Virus record (IMG/VR): IMGVR_UViG_2541047895_000011
Origin: a virus
Taxonomy: Duplodnaviria > Heunggongvirae > Uroviricota > Caudoviricetes
Length of the DNA stretch: 32,441 nucleotides
Reading direction: 5' to 3' (one strand)
Part shown: positions 8,832-17,894 of the stretch, in pieces
How the letters are laid out: every line of letters begins with the position of its first letter
Numbering within the stretch: the first letter of the stretch is position 1
The notes under the pieces: generated by a model
What the model saw: the letters and a program-made list of their open reading frames with translations, nothing else
Databases searched by the model: none
Told to the model about the DNA's origin: nothing
Program-made: the position numbers and the translations under genes

Positions 8832-8970
8832 GAGCTTATTATCCTACTATGCGTGTGATTGCATTAAATTGCATGTTAAACAAAAGCATAATCTATATCA
8901 GTCAATCAGCCAGTGGCAAGGTGTTGTGATTACAATGCAACTGCATTAGAACCGACTCATGAAGCGGGCG

Positions 8971-8989
8971 GGCGAGGCGGGGAAAGCAC
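8971..8989. other. Candidate cos site (19-nt P2-type cohesive end, GGCGAGGCGGGGAAAGCAC)
   Basis: Sequence matches the P2 cohesive-end sequence as I recall it, and sits where expected, between the A-side cargo and Q. Confidence 0.6.
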
Positions 8990-9131
8990 TGCGCGCTGGC
9001 GGTGGTGCTGATTTTATTTTTTCAGCGTCTGAGCGCGTCGTGGCGGCGTTTAGTCTGCCCGTTGGGGTGTTGGTGTGTTTGCGGGATGTTTTGTGCGGTG
9101 GGGAGCGTGTGAGGGCGTGATGACAGGGTGT

Positions 9132-9153
9132 AAAAAAGCCGCCCGCAGGCGGC
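9132..9153 (-). terminator. Rho-independent terminator after Q (leftward transcript)
   Basis: GC-rich hairpin (GCCGCC-CGCA-GGCGGC, 9138..9153) immediately after the Q stop, followed on the minus strand by a run of six T (9132..9137). Confidence 0.6.
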
Positions 9154-9158
9154 GATGT

Positions 9159-10193
9159 TCAGCCGTTGTCAGTGTCCAGTGAGTAGTTTTTAAAGCGGAT
9201 GACCTCCTGACCGAGCCAGCCGTTTATCTCGCGGATCCTGTCCTGTAGCGGGATAAGCTCATTGCGGACAAAGACCTTTGCCACTTTCTCAATATCGCCC
9301 AGCGACCCGACGTTTTCCGGCTTGCCACCCATCAACTGAAAGGGGATGCGGTGCGCATCAAGCAGGTCAGCGGCGCTGGCTTTTTTGATATTAAAAAAAT
9401 CGTCCTTCGTTGCCACTTCACTGAGCGGGATAATTTTAATACCGTCGGCTTTTCCCTGTGGGGCGTAGAGAAACAGGTTTTTAAAGTTGTTGCGGCCTTT
9501 CGACTTCACCATGTTTTCGCGAAGCATTTCGATATCGTTGCGATCCTGCACGGCATCGGTGACGTACATGATGTATCCGGCATGTGCGCCATTTTCGTAA
9601 TACTTGCGGCGGAACAGCGTGGCCGACTCATTCAGCCAGGCAGAGTTAAGGGCGCTGAGATATTCCGGCAGGCCGTACAGCTCCTGATTAATATCCGGCT
9701 CCAGCAGGTGAAACACGGAGCCGGGCGCGAAGGCTGTCGGCTCGTTGAAGGACGGCACCCACCAGTAAACATCCTCCTCCACGCCACGGCGGGTATATTT
9801 TGCCGGTGAGGTTTCCAGTCTGATGACCTTACCGGTAGTGCTGTAACGCTTTTCCAGAAACGCATTACCGAACACCAGAAAGTCCAGCACAAAGCGGCTG
9901 AAATTCTGCTGTGAAAGCCACGGATGCGGGATAAATGTCGAGGCCAGAATATTGCGTTTAACGTAAATCGGCGAGCTGTGATGCACGGCAGCACGCAGGC
10001 TTTTTGCCAGACCGGTAAAGCTGACCGGCGGCTCATACCATCTGCCGTTACTGATGCACTCAACGTAATCCAGAATGTCACGGCGGTCGAGTACCGGCAC
10101 CGGCTCGCCAAAGGTGAATGCCTCCATTTTCGGGGCGCTGGCGGTCATTTTTTTTGCCGCAGGTTGCGGTGTTTTCCCTTTTTTCTTGCTCAT
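9159..10193 (-). CDS. Q: Portal protein, P2 gpQ-like
   Basis: 344 aa, identical in length to P2 Q; adjacent to cos and transcribed leftward together with P. Confidence 0.9.
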   Translation of the reverse strand: MSKKKGKTPQPAAKKMTASAPKMEAFTFGEPVPVLDRRDILDYVECISNGRWYEPPVSFTGLAKSLRAAVHHSSPIYVKRNILASTFIPHPWLSQQNFSRFVLDFLVFGNAFLEKRYSTTGKVIRLETSPAKYTRRGVEEDVYWWVPSFNEPTAFAPGSVFHLLEPDINQELYGLPEYLSALNSAWLNESATLFRRKYYENGAHAGYIMYVTDAVQDRNDIEMLRENMVKSKGRNNFKNLFLYAPQGKADGIKIIPLSEVATKDDFFNIKKASAADLLDAHRIPFQLMGGKPENVGSLGDIEKVAKVFVRNELIPLQDRIREINGWLGQEVIRFKNYSLDTDNG

Positions 10194-11965
10194 CAGTAAA
10201 ACTCCAGAATGGTGGATGTCAGCGGTGTGCTGATACCGGCGGTGAGTGGCTCATTTAACAGGGCGTGCATGGTCGCCCAGGCGAGGTCGGCGTGGCTGGC
10301 TTCCTCGCTGCGGCTGGCCTCATAGGTGGCGCTGCGTCCGCTGCTGGTCATGGTCTTGCGGATAGCCATGAACGAGCTGGTGATGTCGGTGGCGCTGACG
10401 TCATATTCCAGACAGCCACGGCGGATAACGTCTTTTGCCTTGAGCACCATTGCGGTTTTCATTTCCGGCGTGTAGCGGATATCGCGCGCGGCGGGATAGA
10501 ACGAGCGCACGAGCTGGAACACGCCGACACCAAGGCCGGTGGCATCAATACCGATGTATTCGACGTTGTATTTTTCGGTGAGTTTGCGGATGGATTCCGC
10601 CTGAGTGGCAAAGTCCATGCCTTTCCACTGGTGACGCTCAAGTATTCTGAATTTGCCACCGGCCACCACCGGCGGTGCCAGCACCACGCATCCGGCGCTG
10701 TCGCCACGGTGTGACGGGTCGTAACCAATCCATACCGGGCGGGAGCCGAACGGATTGGCGGCAAATGGTGCATAGTCTTCCCATTCTTCCAGCGTGTCGA
10801 CCATGCAGCGTTGCAGCTCCTCGAACGGGAACACCGACGCCTTGTCGTCAACAAATTCACACATGAACAGGTTTTTAAAATCGTCGGCGCTGTTTTCGCG
10901 TTTGAGCTGCTCAATGTCGAACAGCGTGCAGCCGCCTTTCAGGGCGTCCTCAATGGTGACAATCTGCCGCCACTGGCCGTCCGCACAGAGAAGACCTCCG
11001 GCAAGGGCGTTATGACTGACGTCGATTTCCACGCGTTCGGCGGCGCTGGCGCGTCCCCGGTTAAACAGTTCACCCGACCAGAACGGGTAGGCGTCGTGCG
11101 CCAGCGTGGACGGGGTGGAGAAATAGGTCGAACGCAGGTGACTCTGTGAGGCCATACCTGATGCCACCTTACGCAGTACCTGAAAATTCGGGATCCAGAA
11201 AATCTCGTCGACGTACAGGTCGCCGTTATGGCTCTGCGCGGTGTTGGAGTTGGTGCCGAGAAAAATCAGTTTTGCGCCGTTATTGCCCAGGACAATCGGG
11301 TCACCGGTCAGGTCAACGTCAACCAGACGGGCAAAGGCGATGATGTATTCACGGAATACATACGCCTGCGTTTTACTGGCCGACAGAAAAATCTGGTTAT
11401 GGCCGGTTTTCAGGGCGCGCAGCAGCGCCTCGCGGGAAAAATAAAACGTCGCGCCAATCTGGCGGGATTTCAGGATATCGCGGATGCGGTGCTCAAGCCC
11501 GGCGCGATACCAGTGCAACTGATAGTCGAAAGACTGCTCAAAGAAAATCTGCTCCAGCTTTTCGATGGCCTCGTCACTGAAAAAATTCTTTTTCGGTTTG
11601 CGCCGCCCGCCTTTGTTGCGGTTAGCGACGTTCGGATTAAGGTCTGCCTCGTTGCCGGTCTGGCTGTAACGGTTGACCCGTGCCAGTCGTTCAATCTGGC
11701 GTCCCAGCAGGTCAATTTCCTTGAAGTCACCGCCGGTTTTCTGCGGTTTGATGATGAGCTGGGTCAGCCGCGCTTCCAGACTCATTTCGACACGGCTGAT
11801 GGGGGCAACGCTGTCCCAGCCGTCGCGCTGTTTCCAGCTCTGCACCGTCGGGCGTTTCATCTGCAACATGGCGGCAATCTGCGGCACGGAAAACCCCTGC
11901 CAGTACAGCAGCGCCGCCTGACGACGCGGGTCGTGTAAAAGAGTGGTGTCTGTGGTGATGGTCAT
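10193..11965 (-). CDS. P: Terminase large (ATPase) subunit, P2 gpP-like
   Basis: Track ORF 10193..11995 begins at a non-ATG codon; the ATG at 11965 (MTITTD...) has a GAGG Shine-Dalgarno and gives 590 aa, the size of P2 P. Confidence 0.9.
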   Translation of the reverse strand: MTITTDTTLLHDPRRQAALLYWQGFSVPQIAAMLQMKRPTVQSWKQRDGWDSVAPISRVEMSLEARLTQLIIKPQKTGGDFKEIDLLGRQIERLARVNRYSQTGNEADLNPNVANRNKGGRRKPKKNFFSDEAIEKLEQIFFEQSFDYQLHWYRAGLEHRIRDILKSRQIGATFYFSREALLRALKTGHNQIFLSASKTQAYVFREYIIAFARLVDVDLTGDPIVLGNNGAKLIFLGTNSNTAQSHNGDLYVDEIFWIPNFQVLRKVASGMASQSHLRSTYFSTPSTLAHDAYPFWSGELFNRGRASAAERVEIDVSHNALAGGLLCADGQWRQIVTIEDALKGGCTLFDIEQLKRENSADDFKNLFMCEFVDDKASVFPFEELQRCMVDTLEEWEDYAPFAANPFGSRPVWIGYDPSHRGDSAGCVVLAPPVVAGGKFRILERHQWKGMDFATQAESIRKLTEKYNVEYIGIDATGLGVGVFQLVRSFYPAARDIRYTPEMKTAMVLKAKDVIRRGCLEYDVSATDITSSFMAIRKTMTSSGRSATYEASRSEEASHADLAWATMHALLNEPLTAGISTPLTSTILEFY

Positions 11966-12138
11966 GAATACCTCGCCGTGATGAATACACGGCAAGGCTA
12001 CTTAGTCGCGCCCCGCGATTCGCTAAGGTGCTGTTGTGTCAGTGATAAGCCATCCGGGACTGATGGCGGAGGATGCGCATCGTCGGGAAACTGATGCCGA
12101 CATGTGACTCCTCTAATCACTATTCAGGACTCCTGACA

Positions 12139-12993
12139 ATGGCAAAAAAAGTCTCAAAATTCTTTCGTATCGGCGTTGAGGGTGACACCTGTGACGGGCG
12201 TGTCATCAGTGCGCAGGATATTCAGGAAATGGCCGAAACCTTTGACCCGCGTGTCTATGGTTGCCGCATTAACCTGGAACATCTGCGCGGCATCCTGCCT
12301 GACGGTATTTTTAAGCGTTATGGCGATGTGGCCGAACTGAAGGCCGAAAAGATTGACGATGATTCGGCGCTGAAAGGCAAATGGGCGCTGTTTGCGAAAA
12401 TCACACCGACCGATGACCTTATCGCGATGAACAAGGCCGCGCAGAAGGTCTATACCTCAATGGAAATTCAGCCGAACTTTGCCAACACCGGCAAATGTTA
12501 TCTGGTGGGGCTGGCCGTCACCGATGACCCGGCAAGCCTCGGCACGGAATACCTGGAATTCTGCCGCACGGCAAAACACAACCCCCTGAACCGCTTCAAA
12601 TTAAGCCCTGAAAACCTGATTTCAGTGGCAACGCCCGTTGAGCTGGAATTTGAAGACCTGCCTGAAACCGTGTTCACCGCCCTGACCGAAAAGGTGAAAT
12701 CCATTTTTGGCCGCAAACAGGCCAGCGATGACGCCCGTCTGAATGACGTGCATGAAGCGGTGACCGCTGTTGCTGAACATGTGCAGGAAAAACTGAGCGC
12801 CACTGAGCAGCGCCTCGCTGAGGTGGAAACCGCCTTTTCCGCACTTAAGCAGGATGTGACTGACAGGGCGGATGAAACCAGTCAGGCATTCACCCGCCTG
12901 AAAAACAGTCTCGACCACACCGAAAGTCTGACCCAGCAGCGCCGCAGCAAAGCCACCGGCGGTGGCGGTGACGCCCTGATGACGAACTGCTGA
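12139..12993 (+). CDS. O: Capsid scaffolding protein, P2 gpO-like
   Basis: Track ORF 12073..12993; the ATG at 12139 (MAKKVSKFF...) gives 284 aa, the size of P2 O; divergent from P, as in P2. Confidence 0.85.
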   Translation: MAKKVSKFFRIGVEGDTCDGRVISAQDIQEMAETFDPRVYGCRINLEHLRGILPDGIFKRYGDVAELKAEKIDDDSALKGKWALFAKITPTDDLIAMNKAAQKVYTSMEIQPNFANTGKCYLVGLAVTDDPASLGTEYLEFCRTAKHNPLNRFKLSPENLISVATPVELEFEDLPETVFTALTEKVKSIFGRKQASDDARLNDVHEAVTAVAEHVQEKLSATEQRLAEVETAFSALKQDVTDRADETSQAFTRLKNSLDHTESLTQQRRSKATGGGGDALMTNC

Positions 12994-13051
12994 CCGGCGT
13001 CAGTCAGTCCGGGAAAACCTTCACGATTAACCCTTAATTTCAGGAAAAACT

Positions 13052-14125
13052 ATGCGCCAGGAAACCCGCTTTAAATTTAATGCCTACCTGTCCCGTGTTG
13101 CCGAACTGAACGGCATCGACGCCGGTGATGTGTCGAAAAAATTCACCGTTGAACCGTCGGTCACCCAGACCCTGATGAACACCATGCAGGAGTCCTCTGA
13201 CTTTCTGACCCGCATCAACATTGTGCCGGTCAGCGAAATGAAAGGGGAAAAAATTGGTATTGGTGTCACCGGCTCCATCGCCAGCACCACCGACACCGCC
13301 GGTGGCACCGAGCGTCAGCCGAAGGACTTCTCGAAGCTGGCGTCAAACAAGTACGAATGCGACCAGATTAACTTCGATTTTTATATCCGCTACAAAACGC
13401 TTGACCTGTGGGCGCGTTATCAGGATTTCCAGCTCCGTATCCGTAACGCCATTATCAAACGTCAGTCCCTTGATTTCATCATGGCCGGTTTTAACGGCGT
13501 GAAGCGTGCCGAAACCTCTGACCGCAGCAGTAACCCGATGCTGCAGGATGTGGCGGTCGGCTGGCTGCAGAAATACCGCAATGAAGCCCCGGCGCGCGTG
13601 ATGAGCAAGGTTACTGATGAGGAAGGTCACACGACCTCTGAGGTCATCCGCGTGGGTAAGGGCGGTGATTATGCCAGCCTTGACGCACTGGTGATGGATG
13701 CGACCAATAACCTGATTGAACCGTGGTATCAGGAAGACCCTGACCTTGTGGTGATTGTGGGGCGTCAGCTGCTGGCGGACAAATATTTCCCCATCGTTAA
13801 CAAGGAGCAGGACAACAGCGAAATGCTGGCCGCTGACGTCATCATCAGCCAGAAACGCATCGGTAACCTGCCGGCGGTACGCGTCCCGTACTTCCCGGCG
13901 GATGCGATGCTCATCACGAAGCTGGAAAACCTGTCCATCTACTACATGGATGACAGCCATCGCCGCGTGATTGAGGAAAACCCGAAACTCGACCGCGTGG
14001 AGAACTACGAGTCAATGAACATTGATTACGTGGTGGAGGACTACGCTGCCGGTTGTCTGGTGGAAAAAATTAAGGTCGGTGATTTCTCCACACCGGCTAA
14101 AGCGACCGCAGAGCCGGGAGCGTAA
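13052..14125 (+). CDS. N: Major capsid protein, P2 gpN-like
   Basis: 357 aa, follows O, as in P2. Confidence 0.9.
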   Translation: MRQETRFKFNAYLSRVAELNGIDAGDVSKKFTVEPSVTQTLMNTMQESSDFLTRINIVPVSEMKGEKIGIGVTGSIASTTDTAGGTERQPKDFSKLASNKYECDQINFDFYIRYKTLDLWARYQDFQLRIRNAIIKRQSLDFIMAGFNGVKRAETSDRSSNPMLQDVAVGWLQKYRNEAPARVMSKVTDEEGHTTSEVIRVGKGGDYASLDALVMDATNNLIEPWYQEDPDLVVIVGRQLLADKYFPIVNKEQDNSEMLAADVIISQKRIGNLPAVRVPYFPADAMLITKLENLSIYYMDDSHRRVIEENPKLDRVENYESMNIDYVVEDYAAGCLVEKIKVGDFSTPAKATAEPGA

Positions 14126-14128
14126 CCG

Positions 14129-14872
14129 ATGACGAGTCCCGCACAGCGCCACATGATGCGGGTCTCGGCAGCGATGACCGCGCAGCGGGAAGCCGCCCCG
14201 CTGCGACATGCAACTGTCTATGAGCAGATGCTGGTCAAGCTGGCCGCAGACCAGCGCACACTGAAAGCGATTTATTCAAAAGAGCTTAAGGCCGCGAAAA
14301 AGCGCGAACTGCTGCCGTTCTGGTTGCCGTGGGTGAACGGTGTGCTGGAGCAGGGCAAAGGTGCACAGGATGACATTCTGATGACGGTCATGCTGTGGCG
14401 TCTGGATACCGGCGATATTGCCGGTGCGCTGGAGATTGCCCGTTATGCCCTGAAGTACGGTCTGACCATGCCGGGTAAACACCGCCGCACCCCGCCGTAC
14501 ATGTTCACCGAGGAGGTCGCACTCGCGGCCATGCGCGCCCACGCTGCCGGTGAGTCTGTGGATACCCGCCTGCTGACGGACACCCTTGAACTGACCGCCA
14601 CGGCTGATATGCCTGATGAAGTGCGCGCAAAGCTGCACAAAATCACCGGTCTGTTTCTGCGTGACGCTGGTGATGCCGCAGGGGCGCTGGCGCACCTGCA
14701 ACGCGCGACACAGCTCGACTGTCAGGCAGGCGTCAAAAAAGAGATTGAACGACTGGAGCGGGAGCTGAAACCGAAGCCGGAGCCGCAGCCCAAAGCTGCC
14801 ACCCGTGTCCCGCGTAAGACCCGGAGCGTGACACCGGCAAAACGTGGACGCCCGAAAAAGAAAGCCAGTTAA
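14129..14872 (+). CDS. M: Terminase small (endonuclease) subunit, P2 gpM-like
   Basis: 247 aa, follows N; basic Lys/Arg/Pro-rich C-terminus. Confidence 0.85.
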   Translation: MTSPAQRHMMRVSAAMTAQREAAPLRHATVYEQMLVKLAADQRTLKAIYSKELKAAKKRELLPFWLPWVNGVLEQGKGAQDDILMTVMLWRLDTGDIAGALEIARYALKYGLTMPGKHRRTPPYMFTEEVALAAMRAHAAGESVDTRLLTDTLELTATADMPDEVRAKLHKITGLFLRDAGDAAGALAHLQRATQLDCQAGVKKEIERLERELKPKPEPQPKAATRVPRKTRSVTPAKRGRPKKKAS

Positions 14873-14971
14873 CAACCGAATGCGCCCCGCGCCAGGGCGG
14901 CACGCCGGTCAGTGACGGTGAATTACCTGACACTGCACCGGCGTCCACCGCCCGACTTTTCAGAGGTAGTC

Positions 14972-15481
14972 ATGATGACGCTGATTATTCCGCGAAAGGA
15001 GGCTCCCGTGTCCGGTGAGGGTACGGTGGTCATCCCGCAACCGGCAGGCGACGAGCCGGTGATTAAAAACACGTTCTTTTTTCCCGATATCGACCCGAAG
15101 CGCGTCCGGGAACGTATGCGCCTTGAGCAGACCGTCGCCCCCGCCCGTCTGCGTGAGGCCATCAAGTCAGGCATGGCTGAAACGAATGCGGAGCTGTACG
15201 AGTACCGCGAACAGAAAATTGCCGCCGGTTTTACGCGTCTGGCGGACGTTCCGGCGGACGACATCGACGGTGAAAGCATCAAAGTTTTTTACTACGAGCG
15301 CGCCGTGTGTGCGATGGCGACCGCGTCACTTTATGAACGTTATCGCGGTGTGGATGCCAGTGCGAAAGGCGACAAGAAGGCCGACAGCATTGACAGCACC
15401 ATTGATGAGCTGTGGCGGGATATGCGCTGGGCAGTGGCGCGCATCCAGGACAAGCCGCGCTGCATCGTGAGTCAAATCTGA
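14972..15481 (+). CDS. L: Head completion/stabilisation protein, P2 gpL-like
   Basis: Track ORF 14912..15481; the ATG at 14972 has a GAGG Shine-Dalgarno and gives 169 aa, the size of P2 L. Confidence 0.8.
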   Translation: MMTLIIPRKEAPVSGEGTVVIPQPAGDEPVIKNTFFFPDIDPKRVRERMRLEQTVAPARLREAIKSGMAETNAELYEYREQKIAAGFTRLADVPADDIDGESIKVFYYERAVCAMATASLYERYRGVDASAKGDKKADSIDSTIDELWRDMRWAVARIQDKPRCIVSQI

Positions 15482-15684
15482 TGAAGACCTTTGCGCTACA
15501 GGGCGACACGCTCGACGCCATCTGTGTCCGGTATTACGGGCGCACTGAGGGTGTGGTTGAGACCGTGCTCGCCACAAATCCGGGACTGGCTGAACTGGGT
15601 GCGGTGCTGCCACACGGCACCGCCGTCGAACTGCCCGACGTTCAGACCGCGCCCGTGGCTGAAACTGTCAATCTGTGGGAGTAA
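15481..15684 (+). CDS. X: Tail protein X (LysM-like), P2 gpX-like
   Basis: ATG at 15481 overlaps the L stop (TGATG); 67 aa (MKTFALQGDTLDAI...), the size of P2 X. Confidence 0.75.
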   Translation: MKTFALQGDTLDAICVRYYGRTEGVVETVLATNPGLAELGAVLPHGTAVELPDVQTAPVAETVNLWE

Positions 15685-15687
15685 CGC

Positions 15688-15969
15688 ATGACAGCAGAAG
15701 AAAAAAGCGTCCTGTCGCTTTTCATGATTGGGGTGCTGATTGTTGTCGGCAAGGTGCTTGCCGGTGGTGAACCCATCACCCCGCGTCTGTTTATCGGTCG
15801 CATGTTGCTCGGTGGTTTTGTCTCGATGGTTGCCGGTGTTGTTCTGGTGCAGTTTCCTGACCTGTCACTGCCTGCGGTGTGCGGCATCGGCTCCATGCTG
15901 GGTATCGCCGGTTATCAGGTGATTGAGATTGCCATTCAGCGCCGCTTTAAGGGCAGGGGGAAACAATAA
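15688..15969 (+). CDS. Y: Holin, P2 gpY-like
   Basis: 93 aa with hydrophobic segments; first gene of the lysis cassette. Confidence 0.8.
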   Translation: MTAEEKSVLSLFMIGVLIVVGKVLAGGEPITPRLFIGRMLLGGFVSMVAGVVLVQFPDLSLPAVCGIGSMLGIAGYQVIEIAIQRRFKGRGKQ

Positions 15970-16466
15970 TGCCGGTAATTAACACGCATCAGAATATCGC
16001 CGCCTTTCTCGACATGCTGGCCGTGTCCGAAGGGACGGCGAATCATCCGCTGACGAAAAACCGGGGCTATGACGTGATAGTCACCGGACTGGACGGAAAG
16101 CCGGAAATCTTCACCGACTACAGTGACCACCCGTTCGCACATGGCCGACCGGCGAAGGTGTTTAACCGTCGCGGTGAAAAATCCACGGCCTCCGGTCGCT
16201 ATCAGCAGCTTTACCTGTTCTGGCCGCACTACCGCAAACAGCTTGCCCTGCCGGATTTCAGTCCGTTGTCACAGGACAGACTTGCCATTCAGTTGATCCG
16301 CGAACGCGGTGCACTGGATGACATCCGGGCGGGACGTATTGAGCGCGCCATTTCACGCTGTCGCAATATCTGGGCGTCCCTGCCGGGTGCCGGTTACGGT
16401 CAGCGTGAGCATTCACTGGAAAAACTGGTCACCGTCTGGCGTACCGCCGGCGGCGTACCGGCTTAA
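15969..16466 (+). CDS. K: Endolysin, P2 gpK-like
   Basis: 165 aa, follows the holin; size and position of P2 K. Confidence 0.85.
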   Translation: MPVINTHQNIAAFLDMLAVSEGTANHPLTKNRGYDVIVTGLDGKPEIFTDYSDHPFAHGRPAKVFNRRGEKSTASGRYQQLYLFWPHYRKQLALPDFSPLSQDRLAIQLIRERGALDDIRAGRIERAISRCRNIWASLPGAGYGQREHSLEKLVTVWRTAGGVPA

Positions 16467-16480
16467 ACGGAGTAAACACC

Positions 16481-16906
16481 ATGAAGAAATTATCCCTTTC
16501 ACTGATGCTGAACGTGTCGCTGGCGCTGATGCTGGCACTGTCCCTGATTTACCCGCAGAGCGTGGCCGTCAGTTTTGTCGCTGCCTGGGCGATTCTGGCG
16601 ACGGTTATCTGTGTGGTTGCCGGTGGTGTCGGCGTGTATGCCACTGAGTATGTGCTGGAACGCTACGGGCGGGAGCTGCCGCCGGAATCGCTGGCCGTGA
16701 AGATTGTCACGTCGCTGTTTTTGCAGCCGGTGCCGTGGCGCAGACGGGCGGCGGCTCTGGTGGTGATGGTGGTGACGTTTATCTCGCTGGTCGCTGCCGG
16801 GTGGATTTTTACCGCGCTGATTTATCTCGTGGCGTCGGTGTTCTTCCGGCTGATACGTACGGCCTGCCGTCAGCGGTTTGAGGGGCGGGAACCATGTCAA
16901 AGCTGA
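16481..16906 (+). CDS. lysA: Lysis accessory membrane protein LysA
   Basis: 141 aa with several hydrophobic helices; position of P2 lysA. Confidence 0.75.
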   Translation: MKKLSLSLMLNVSLALMLALSLIYPQSVAVSFVAAWAILATVICVVAGGVGVYATEYVLERYGRELPPESLAVKIVTSLFLQPVPWRRRAAALVVMVVTFISLVAAGWIFTALIYLVASVFFRLIRTACRQRFEGREPCQS

Positions 16907-17319
16907 TGATTGTGCTGGTTGTGTTGTTATCGCTGGCGGTGGCGGGACTGTTTCTGGTGAAGCATGAAAACGCCAGCCTGCGCGTCTCGCTGGACAGGGC
17001 AAACAATGTCGCCAGCGGGCAGCAGACGACCATCACCATGCTGAAAAACCAGCTTCATGTTGCCCTTACCAGGGCAGACAAAAACGAGCTGGCGCAGGTG
17101 GCACTGCGTCAGGAACTGGAGAACGCCGCGAAACGTGAAGCACAGCGCGAGAAAACCATCACGAGGTTACTTAATGAAAACGAGGATTTTCGCCGCTGGT
17201 ATGGCACTGACCTGCCTGATGCTGTGCGCCGGTTGCACCAGCGCCCGGCCTGCACCGACGCCAGTGATTGTCGCCAACGCCTGCCCGAAAGTGAGCCTTT
17301 GCCCGATGCCGGGCAGTGA
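16894..17319 (+). CDS. lysB: Lysis protein LysB (Rz-like spanin component)
   Basis: 141 aa with an N-terminal transmembrane segment then a charged coiled-coil-like region; position of P2 lysB. Confidence 0.75.
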   Translation: MSKLMIVLVVLLSLAVAGLFLVKHENASLRVSLDRANNVASGQQTTITMLKNQLHVALTRADKNELAQVALRQELENAAKREAQREKTITRLLNENEDFRRWYGTDLPDAVRRLHQRPACTDASDCRQRLPESEPLPDAGQ

Positions 17320-17464
17320 CCCGGAGACGAACGGCGATTTAAGTGCCGATATCCGGCAGCTTGAGAACGCGCTGGCACGCTGTGCCAGCCAGGTAAAAAT
17401 GATTAAACACTGTCAGGACGAAAACGATGCTCAAACCCGACAGCCTGCGCAGGGCACTGACTGA
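17174..17464 (+). CDS. lysC: Lysis protein LysC (Rz1-like lipoprotein), starts inside lysB in another frame
   Basis: ATG at 17174 with a GAGG Shine-Dalgarno; 96 aa beginning MKTRIFAAGMALTCLMLCAGC (lipoprotein-type signal with lipobox Cys). Confidence 0.65.
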   Translation: MKTRIFAAGMALTCLMLCAGCTSARPAPTPVIVANACPKVSLCPMPGSDPETNGDLSADIRQLENALARCASQVKMIKHCQDENDAQTRQPAQGTD

Positions 17465-17894
17465 TGCCGTCACGGTGCTGAAAACCAGCCCCGAGATGCT
17501 GCGGATATTCGTGGATAACGGGAGTATTGCCTCCACACTGGCTGCGTCGCTGTCATTCGAAAAGCGTTACACGCTCAATGTCATTGTGACCGACTTTACC
17601 GGTGATTTTGACCTGCTTATTGTGCCGGTGCTGGCGTGGCTGCGGGAAAATCAGCCCGACATCATGACCACCGACGAAGGCCAGAAAAAGGGCTTCACGT
17701 TTTATGCAGACATCAACAATGACAGCAGCTTTGATATCAGCATCAGCCTGATGTTGACCGAGCGCACGCTGGTCAGTGAGGTGGACGGCGCGCTGCATGT
17801 GAAGAATATCCCGGAACCCACGCCGCCGGAGCCGGTCACCCGCCCGATAGAGCTTTATATCAATGGCGAACTGGTGAGCAAGTGGGATGAATGA
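17427..17894 (+). CDS. R: Tail completion protein, P2 gpR-like
   Basis: 155 aa; position and size of P2 R. Confidence 0.8.
   Translation: MLKPDSLRRALTDAVTVLKTSPEMLRIFVDNGSIASTLAASLSFEKRYTLNVIVTDFTGDFDLLIVPVLAWLRENQPDIMTTDEGQKKGFTFYADINNDSSFDISISLMLTERTLVSEVDGALHVKNIPEPTPPEPVTRPIELYINGELVSKWDE

Noticed and set aside
9351-11938. Numerous plus-strand ORFs (63 to 236 aa) overlapping Q and P
   Set aside because: All are antisense or alternative frames inside the well-supported portal and terminase genes in GC-rich sequence.
11996-12138. Searched the P/O divergent region (and the regions upstream of V and FI) for the Ogr-dependent late-promoter dyad TGT-N12-ACA
   Set aside because: Only imperfect candidates were found by eye, so no late promoter is reported; a position-weight-matrix scan would be needed.
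14276-17002. Minus-strand ORFs of 67 to 199 aa across M, L and the lysis cassette
   Set aside because: Antisense to a tightly packed, translationally coupled plus-strand operon with P2-matching gene sizes.
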